Part shown: positions 1 through 4,929 of the stretch, piece after piece
How positions within the stretch are numbered: the stretch's first letter is position 1
Layout: the number at the start of each line of letters is the position of its first letter
Source of the DNA: an uncultured Nitrososphaerota archaeon
Lineage (GTDB): Archaea > Korarchaeota > Korarchaeia > Korarchaeales > Korarchaeaceae
Direction of reading: 5' to 3'
Length of the DNA: 7,471 nucleotides
Assembly (NCBI GenBank): GCA_964480775.1
Contig: CAYZRF010000043.1
Span: forward strand, 1 to 7,471
Translations under genes and position numbers: made by a program
Notes under the pieces: generated by a model
Databases searched by the model: none
What the model was told of the DNA's origin: nothing
Seen by the model: only the letters and a program-made list of their open reading frames with translations

Positions 1-993
1 GGAGGACAGCTGATAAAACAGACTCACAAGTTCTTCGGATCTAAAGAGAACTACGCAGGAGTTCGTGGGATAGATATAGCGAAAATACTGCTTAAAGACC
101 TCAATGAGCTCGGAGGAAACTGGCTTCTCAGCTCTACTGTGGCAGCTGATTACATAGAAGGTGGAAAACACGTTCTTATCGTACCTTCGTTAGTAGAACC
201 AAAAATTAGGGTCATAAAAGCCGAAAAAGTCGTTGTAGGTGCTGGAGCAAGGGAGAACATGCTTATCTTTCCAAACAACGACCTCCCTGGAGTTTATGGA
301 GCGGGGGGAGTCCAAACCCTGATGAACGTCTTTGGGATAAAACCAGGGGAAAGGGCACTGGTAGTAGGAGCAGGAAACGTCGGTCTGATAATAGCATATC
401 AACTAATTCAGGCTGGGACGAGTGTTGAGGCAATAGTAGAGGCAATGCCTAGGATTGGAGGCTATTTCGTTCACGCAGCCAAGGTTAGGAGGCTAGGAGT
501 GCCTATATACTTGAGACACTCTATAAAGAGGGCTATAGGCAAGGAATCGGTCGAGGCGGCTGAAATAGTGCAACTTGATGAGAACTGGAATCCTGTAGAA
601 GGTACTGAGAGGAGGATTGAGGTTGACACAATAGTGCTGGCAGTTGGCCTGACTCCGGCCTCTGAAATTCCAGCCCAAGCTGGTTGTAAGCTAACTTATG
701 TCCCAGAACTTGGGGGCCAAGTGGCCATTCATGACCCAGATCTAAAGACTACAATACCTGGAATGTATGTTGCTGGAGACTCTTCAGGAATTGAGGAGGC
801 AACTACAGCCATGTTGGAGGGAAGGATTGCTGGCGCCGATGCAGCCTTGTCTCTAGGATACAAGCCGGATGAGGCTGAAAGGTTAAAGGAGAAGGCTAAA
901 AGGGACATATCTGAATTCAGAGAAAGTCCCTTCGGGGAAAGGCTGAGGAAAGGGAAGGAAAGGATATGGAAGATGATGGAGGCGATATCATGA
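1..993 (+). CDS. NAD(P)H/FAD-dependent oxidoreductase, C-terminal ~330 aa (5' end lies outside the window); alpha-type subunit of a heterotetrameric dye-linked L-proline dehydrogenase / sarcosine-oxidase-like complex
   Basis: Frame 1 is open from nt 1, with no stop before the GTG at 139 used by the ORF track, so the CDS is truncated by the window edge. It has a second Rossmann dinucleotide motif (LVVGAGNVGLIIAYQL) and a C-terminal flavin motif (MYVAGDSSG), both typical of pyridine-nucleotide-disulfide-oxidoreductase-fold proteins. Stop TGA 991-993 overlaps the next ATG (ATGA). The operon order alpha/4Fe-4S/2Fe-2S/DAO-beta supports the subunit assignment. Confidence 0.85.
   Translation, partial: GGQLIKQTHKFFGSKENYAGVRGIDIAKILLKDLNELGGNWLLSSTVAADYIEGGKHVLIVPSLVEPKIRVIKAEKVVVGAGARENMLIFPNNDLPGVYGAGGVQTLMNVFGIKPGERALVVGAGNVGLIIAYQLIQAGTSVEAIVEAMPRIGGYFVHAAKVRRLGVPIYLRHSIKRAIGKESVEAAEIVQLDENWNPVEGTERRIEVDTIVLAVGLTPASEIPAQAGCKLTYVPELGGQVAIHDPDLKTTIPGMYVAGDSSGIEEATTAMLEGRIAGADAALSLGYKPDEAERLKEKAKRDISEFRESPFGERLRKGKERIWKMMEAIS
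978..982 (+). promoter_or_regulatory. Shine-Dalgarno GGAGG for the gamma subunit
   Basis: GGAGG lies 7 nt upstream of ATG 990, inside the 3' end of the alpha gene. Confidence 0.6.
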
Positions 994-1454
994 AAGAGGC
1001 TGGGATCCTTTCAAAGGAGGAGATTGAAAAAGTAATTCCTCCTTTAGATAGGGCCGAAAAAGGGCCCGTAGCAGTCATAGAATGTTTGGAGAAGATCCCT
1101 TGTGATGCCTGTGGATGGGCATGTCCATTTGGTGCAATAATAAAGGAGAAAATCACAACTCCCCCCAAAATAGACTATGATAAGTGCACAGGTTGTGGAC
1201 AGTGCGTTCTAGTGTGTCCAGGCCTAGCAATCTTCTTGATTGAACTAGATGGAGAAAGGGCAAAGGTTACCGTTCCGTATGAACTCCTACCAGAACCTCA
1301 AGTCGGACAAGAGGTGGCTGCCTTAGATAGAAAGGGGGTTCCTGTGACGAAAGCTAAAGTCCTCAAAGTAATGAGATCTAAGAACAAAACTTTGGCTGTA
1401 ACAATCGAAGTTCCCAGAGAGCTCTTTATGGAAGTGAGGGGGATGAGGGTATGA
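990..1454 (+). CDS. 4Fe-4S ferredoxin-domain protein (gamma-type small subunit of the dehydrogenase complex)
   Basis: ORF 966..1454. I prefer ATG 990 as the start because it overlaps the upstream stop as ATGA and follows GGAGG (978-982) with a 7-nt spacer; ATG 966 is an in-frame alternative. It has a canonical CTGCGQCVLVCP (CxxCxxCxxxCP) motif plus an atypical upstream Cys group, CLEKIPCDACGWACP. Length from ATG 990 is 154 aa. Confidence 0.85.
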   Translation: MKEAGILSKEEIEKVIPPLDRAEKGPVAVIECLEKIPCDACGWACPFGAIIKEKITTPPKIDYDKCTGCGQCVLVCPGLAIFLIELDGERAKVTVPYELLPEPQVGQEVAALDRKGVPVTKAKVLKVMRSKNKTLAVTIEVPRELFMEVRGMRV

Positions 1455-1738
1455 CAGATCAGAACAAAGAAGAGGAAATAGTTTGTAGGTGCGAGGACGT
1501 TTCGTTAAAGGAGATATTGGAAGCAATCGATAAGGGATATACGACCCTTGATCAGCTTAAGAGATACCTCAGGATAGGGATGGGTCACTGTCAAGGAAGA
1601 ACTTGTATGAGGCTAGTTGCTGGGATCCTTGCAAGGAGGCTTGGAAAGAAATTGGATGAAATAGAATGGCCAACAGTTAGACCTCCCGTCTTGCCTCTTG
1701 AGATAGCAAAGTTGGCGGAGGTTAAGACCGATGATTAA
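1451..1738 (+). CDS. (2Fe-2S)-binding BFD-like small protein (delta-type subunit)
   Basis: ATG 1451 overlaps the gamma stop (ATGA). CRCEDVSLKEI...GMGHCQGRTC gives the CxC...Cx4C pattern of BFD-like [2Fe-2S] domains found in sarcosine/opine-oxidase-type complexes. Length is 95 aa, and codon usage matches the neighbours. Confidence 0.8.
   Translation: MTDQNKEEEIVCRCEDVSLKEILEAIDKGYTTLDQLKRYLRIGMGHCQGRTCMRLVAGILARRLGKKLDEIEWPTVRPPVLPLEIAKLAEVKTDD
1717..1722 (+). promoter_or_regulatory. Shine-Dalgarno GGAGGT for the beta subunit
   Basis: GGAGGT lies 8 nt upstream of ATG 1731, inside the 3' end of the delta gene. Confidence 0.6.
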
Positions 1739-2879
1739 GGAGAGGGTTGACGTAGCTATCATTGGAGGGGGGATAAGCGGGATAGCTCTTGCTTATGAGC
1801 TGTCTAAAAGAGGTGTAGAGGTTGCGGTTTTTGAGAGGAGTTTCCTAGGCGCTGGATCTACTGGGAGATGTGGTGGTGGAATTAGGCAGCAGTTCAGTAC
1901 TGAGGAGAACATCAGATTAGCCATGGAAAGCGTCAAGATATTCGAGAGGATGGAGAGCGAGCTTGGTTGGGATGTTGAATATTACCAAGGGGGCTACCTC
2001 ATAATTGCTCACAGTGAAGAGGAGGTAAAACAGTTTGAGAAAAACGTTAGACTTCAGAGGAGCTTGGGCCTTGATGTTCAGTGGCTCGAGAGAGATGAGA
2101 TAAATGATATCGTTCCAGAGTTGGATGTTGAGGGCATTGGAGCCATTGCCGCAACTTACTGTCCTACTGATGGTCATGCCTACCCTCCAAAGGCGGTCTG
2201 GGCATACGCTGAAAACGCTAGGAAGCTTGGGGCCCACATATATGAGTTTACTGAGGTTAAGAAGATTATTACAGAGAATGGGAGGGTCGCTGGAGTGATA
2301 ACTAGTAGAGGGGAGACTATATCAAAGTTTGTCGTCAATGCAGCGGGAGCATGGTCTCCTCTCATAGCTAAGATGGTGGGGGTAACTCTTCCTAACAAGC
2401 CCTACAGGCACGAGATTTTGATAACGGAGCCACTATCTCACTTCCTAGACCCCATGGTTATTTCATTTCACGATAATGTGTACTTCAGACAAACTAAGAG
2501 AGGAGGCATAATAGGTGGGTGGGGGGATCCTGAGGAAAAGCCTGGCTACAACTTTGCTTCAAGCTTACAATTCGTGATTAAAATGGCCCGGTTGCTGAGT
2601 AGATATGTTCCTCAGTTAAAACACGCGAGAATTTTGCGACAATGGGCTGGACTCTATGACGTAACTCCCGATGCAAAGCCCATACTTGGGCCTGTTAAGG
2701 GAATTGAGGGATTTCTGCAAATGAACGGCTATTCGGGCCATGGCTTTATGGTAGCCCCGATGTGTGCAGTTCTATTAGCTCAATATATTACAGGAGAACC
2801 TCTATCAATATCTTTAGAGCCATTCAGCATTGAAAGATTTAAAGAAATGGTGAAGGGAGAAGTTTCTGTTGTGGGATGA
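1731..2879 (+). CDS. FAD-dependent oxidoreductase of the DAO / sarcosine oxidase beta family (beta-type catalytic subunit, L-proline dehydrogenase-like)
   Basis: ATG 1731 overlaps the delta stop by 8 nt (ATGATTAA), and GGAGGT lies at 1717-1722. The N-terminal VAIIGGGISGIALAYELSKRGVEVAVFER is the GxGxxG beta-alpha-beta FAD fold ending in an acidic residue. Length is 382 aa, the size class of sarcosine oxidase beta / PDH beta subunits. Confidence 0.9.
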   Translation: MIKERVDVAIIGGGISGIALAYELSKRGVEVAVFERSFLGAGSTGRCGGGIRQQFSTEENIRLAMESVKIFERMESELGWDVEYYQGGYLIIAHSEEEVKQFEKNVRLQRSLGLDVQWLERDEINDIVPELDVEGIGAIAATYCPTDGHAYPPKAVWAYAENARKLGAHIYEFTEVKKIITENGRVAGVITSRGETISKFVVNAAGAWSPLIAKMVGVTLPNKPYRHEILITEPLSHFLDPMVISFHDNVYFRQTKRGGIIGGWGDPEEKPGYNFASSLQFVIKMARLLSRYVPQLKHARILRQWAGLYDVTPDAKPILGPVKGIEGFLQMNGYSGHGFMVAPMCAVLLAQYITGEPLSISLEPFSIERFKEMVKGEVSVVG

Positions 2880-2888
2880 TAAAAACTA
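2880..2888 (-). terminator. oligo-T tract (TTTTT on the minus strand) immediately after the orphan gene stop
   Basis: The minus strand reads TAG-TTTTTA directly after the stop. Archaeal termination typically uses oligo-T. The whole convergent spacer is only 9 nt. Confidence 0.3.
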
Positions 2889-3476
2889 CTATTCTCTCAA
2901 GACCATCTTCTTTATTCGGACGTAAGATCTAGTTATGGGGCCAGAAAAGCGTATATCTGAGAGAATAAGTATATCCTCTCCGCCAACATTTGCTATCCAA
3001 AACTCAGCATTAACTACAGGTAATGCAAGCCTTGTTCTTCCTGAGGGCGTAAACCTAAAGCCCTCTGCCTCTACCTTATTATCTCCTACTTTAAACTTCT
3101 TTGAACCTAGGCTCCTTATCACACCAAAACCCCGGTCTTCCTGGGTTTTAGTTAATATCCACTCTGCTTTGGCTTGCTCAAGATAAGAAACAAGTGGTCC
3201 TAAATAGAGTTCCAGGTATTGGTTCAGCTCTGAGCCAGATAGGATATTTCCTCCAACCCTCCCCTTTAGCTGAGCTGCAAAATCGGTTCTTACGAAGACT
3301 CTCATTGGTTCTTTCTCAAAAGAACAAGAAATCTGAAATTCATCTGGTCTATCATCTATTTGTTTTATAGACCACAGAACCTTATCTCCGTTCTGCTCAA
3401 GTTCTATTTCCAAGACCTTAAAGAGCTTGGTTGCCCATCTTAGAGCATTTTCAGAAATGGTCAAAAATTCCTTCAC
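2889..3476 (-). CDS. hypothetical protein, 195 aa, no recognisable domain
   Basis: Uninterrupted 195-codon ORF. The GTG start (3476-3474) is preceded on the minus strand by AGGTG (3488-3484) with a 7-nt spacer. Arg/Ile codon usage resembles the neighbours. The embedded + strand ORF 2935..3186 is a Ser/Pro/Leu-rich shadow. The protein has one Cys, no His, no P-loop, no hydrophobic TM stretch and no signal peptide. Confidence 0.7.
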   Translation of the reverse strand: MKEFLTISENALRWATKLFKVLEIELEQNGDKVLWSIKQIDDRPDEFQISCSFEKEPMRVFVRTDFAAQLKGRVGGNILSGSELNQYLELYLGPLVSYLEQAKAEWILTKTQEDRGFGVIRSLGSKKFKVGDNKVEAEGFRFTPSGRTRLALPVVNAEFWIANVGGEDILILSDIRFSGPITRSYVRIKKMVLRE

Positions 3477-3548
3477 AAAAATACACCTACACGTTTTATT
3501 TTCATAAGATAGTTTAAATCATTACATCTCTCACCAAAATAGGTTCAC
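3477..3548. promoter_or_regulatory. 72-bp divergent promoter region between the orphan gene and tldD, with a palindromic TATA-like TTTAAA (3513-3518) and a T-rich block (3494-3502)
   Basis: This is the only A/T-rich non-coding DNA between two divergent starts. TTTAAA is centred about 27 nt before a plausible TSS near 3542 (+ strand, near-leaderless tldD) and about 27 nt before about 3489 (- strand, just upstream of the AGGTG SD of the orphan gene). Confidence 0.5.
3484..3488 (-). promoter_or_regulatory. Shine-Dalgarno-like AGGTG for the 195-aa orphan gene
   Basis: The minus strand reads AGGTG, then 7 nt, then GTG (3476). Confidence 0.45.
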
Positions 3549-4055
3549 ATGGAGCTAGATAAGGCTATTTCAATAGGATTAGAGATGGGAGCCGATTTTA
3601 TTGATATTAGAGAGCAAGAAATCCTAACTACTTCTATAGAGATTGTTGATGGAACAGTAAGAACCCTCTCCACTGGTAAGAAAGTTGGATACGGTATTAG
3701 AAGTTTCATTAAAGGAGCTTGGGGGTTCTCAGTAACTCATGACAAAGACAAGGAATTCCTAAGACGAGCAATTAAGGATAGTGTGCGACTAGCGAAGATA
3801 TCTGCGCCGATAAAGAAGGAAAGATTTGACCTTAAAGGTATTAGTTATGAAGGCAAGGCATCTACATCCAGAATTGATGATCCCTCTGAGATTCCAGTCG
3901 AAGAAAAACTCAATACAGCTCTTAGTCTAGGGAAATCTGCAAGGCTCGACGAGAGGATAAAGAACATAACGGTGCGATATAATGATGTCATTTTTTTTCG
4001 AAAGAGTAATGAACAGTTTTGGAACCAAAATCGAACAAGAGATTTCCCGCGTTAA
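3549..4055 (+). CDS. tldD: TldD N-terminal fragment (alternative representation of the frameshifted locus); the last 18 codons are out-of-frame tail
   Basis: ATG 3549 lies 33 nt downstream of a TTTAAAT box. The sequence looks TldD/PmbA-like up to ...ITVRYNDVIFF, then runs through an unrelated RKSNEQFWNQNRTRDFPR tail to TAA 4053-4055. Confidence 0.6.
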   Translation: MELDKAISIGLEMGADFIDIREQEILTTSIEIVDGTVRTLSTGKKVGYGIRSFIKGAWGFSVTHDKDKEFLRRAIKDSVRLAKISAPIKKERFDLKGISYEGKASTSRIDDPSEIPVEEKLNTALSLGKSARLDERIKNITVRYNDVIFFRKSNEQFWNQNRTRDFPR

Positions 4056-4929
4056 TTCCTATGTTTTTGTGTTCGCAAGCGAGGCTGGGGTAACAGAAAG
4101 AGCATTTGAAAGTGTAGGTGGAACTACTGGTTTTGAGATATTAAGAGACGAAGAAGCTGCAAAAATGGGTGAAATTGCAGCCAAAAGGGCAATTAAGCTT
4201 TTAAGAGCTAAATCTTCCCCCTCAGGAACATATAAAGCTATTTTAGATCAAAAGCTTGCAGGAATATTTATTCACGAGGCCTTTGGTCATGCTACCGAGG
4301 CTGATTCTGTTTTGGCAAAGATGAGTGTGTTAGAAAACAAGGTAGGCGAAAAAGTAGGATCTGAGTTTGTGAATGTGGTTGACGATCCTACATTACCCAA
4401 GCTCTACGGTAGCTACCCTTTTGATGATGAAGGGACCCCCTCGAGAAAGAAATATTTGGTTAAAGAAGGTGTTCTTATAGGATTCATGCATTCTTTAGAA
4501 ACTTCTTCAAGGATGGGCCAAGAATGTACTGGCAATGGCCGATCCATGAGTTATAGCAATCCTCCAATTGTTAGGATGAGCAATACATTCATAACTAAAG
4601 GAAATTGGAAATTTGAGGAGCTAATTGAGGACATAGACGAAGGAATTTATGCAAAAGGGGGATTATATGGATATACGGAGCCCTCAAAGGGACAATTCAT
4701 GTTTAAGGCTGAAGAAGGTTGGTTAATTAGAAAAGGGGAGCTTGTGGAGAGATTGAGAGAAGTAGCCATAGCTGGCATGACTTTAGAAGTTTTGCATAAC
4801 ATAGACGCTGTTGCCGAAGATCTAGAAATGAGAATAGGCCATTGTGGCAAGGGAGGTCAATGGGTTCCAACAACGGCTGGTTCTCCCCACATCAGGGTAA
4901 AAAAGATGACTTTTGGTGGTCTAAGATGA
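3982..4929 (+). CDS. tldD: TldD C-terminal fragment with the catalytic HExxxH motif (alternative representation of the frameshifted locus)
   Basis: Frame 1 is open from ATG ATG (3982, 3985), which lies 7 nt after GGTG (3971-3974); another in-frame ATG is at 4009. It contains HEAFGHATEAD and GHCGKGGQWVPTTAGSPHIRV. Stop TGA 4927-4929 overlaps the pmbA ATG. Confidence 0.6.
   Translation: MMSFFFERVMNSFGTKIEQEISRVNSYVFVFASEAGVTERAFESVGGTTGFEILRDEEAAKMGEIAAKRAIKLLRAKSSPSGTYKAILDQKLAGIFIHEAFGHATEADSVLAKMSVLENKVGEKVGSEFVNVVDDPTLPKLYGSYPFDDEGTPSRKKYLVKEGVLIGFMHSLETSSRMGQECTGNGRSMSYSNPPIVRMSNTFITKGNWKFEELIEDIDEGIYAKGGLYGYTEPSKGQFMFKAEEGWLIRKGELVERLREVAIAGMTLEVLHNIDAVAEDLEMRIGHCGKGGQWVPTTAGSPHIRVKKMTFGGLR
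3991..3998 (+). repeat. T8 homopolymer, site of the tldD frameshift
   Basis: The run tttttttt sits exactly where the two tldD-homologous frames exchange. T7 would be in frame. Confidence 0.9.
4915..4919 (+). promoter_or_regulatory. Shine-Dalgarno-like GGTGG for pmbA
   Basis: GGTGG lies 6 nt upstream of ATG 4926 and matches the GGTG part of the archaeal anti-SD complement. Confidence 0.45.

Larger units (their letters stand above)
3549..4929 (+). pseudogene. tldD: TldD-family Zn metalloprotease, reading frame interrupted by a 1-nt frameshift in a T8 run (whole locus)
   Basis: The two overlapping ORFs (3549..4055 and 3982..4929) are the N- and C-terminal parts of one TldD/PmbA-fold protein. 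The C-terminal part carries HEAFGH (HExxxH) and GHCGKGGQWVP. Removing one T from 3991-3998 restores a continuous 459-aa protein. Confidence 0.75.

Noticed and set aside
190-2398. Short ORFs inside the pdh-like operon: 190..402(-), 263..445(-), 493..678(-), 917..1168(-), 1323..1526(-), 1917..2237(-), 2104..2298(+) and 2180..2398(-).
   Set aside because: All lie entirely within longer ORFs that carry clear family motifs. Their translations are low-complexity (Ser/Pro/Leu/Phe-rich) with no motifs, which is the shadow-frame behaviour expected opposite purine-rich coding strands.
2935-3186. An 83-aa + strand ORF inside the 195-aa orphan gene.
   Set aside because: It is shorter than the minus-strand ORF that contains it and Ser/Pro/Leu-rich, with no start context. 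The minus-strand ORF has SD+GTG and a more protein-like composition.
3992-4009. T TTT TTT as a classical -1 slippery heptamer (X XXY YYZ) rescuing tldD.
   Set aside because: A -1 shift leads to TCG AAA GAG TAA, a stop at 4007-4009. The TldD continuation is in the +1 frame, so -1 frameshifting cannot restore the protein.
4842-4925. A 28-codon N-terminal extension of pmbA from the ORF track (MWQGRSMGSNNGWFSPHQGKKDDFWWSK).
   Set aside because: It starts at a non-ATG codon inside the tldD coding region and is Trp/Gly-rich and unlike the family. ATG 4926 has an SD and the ATGA stop/start overlap seen elsewhere in the window.
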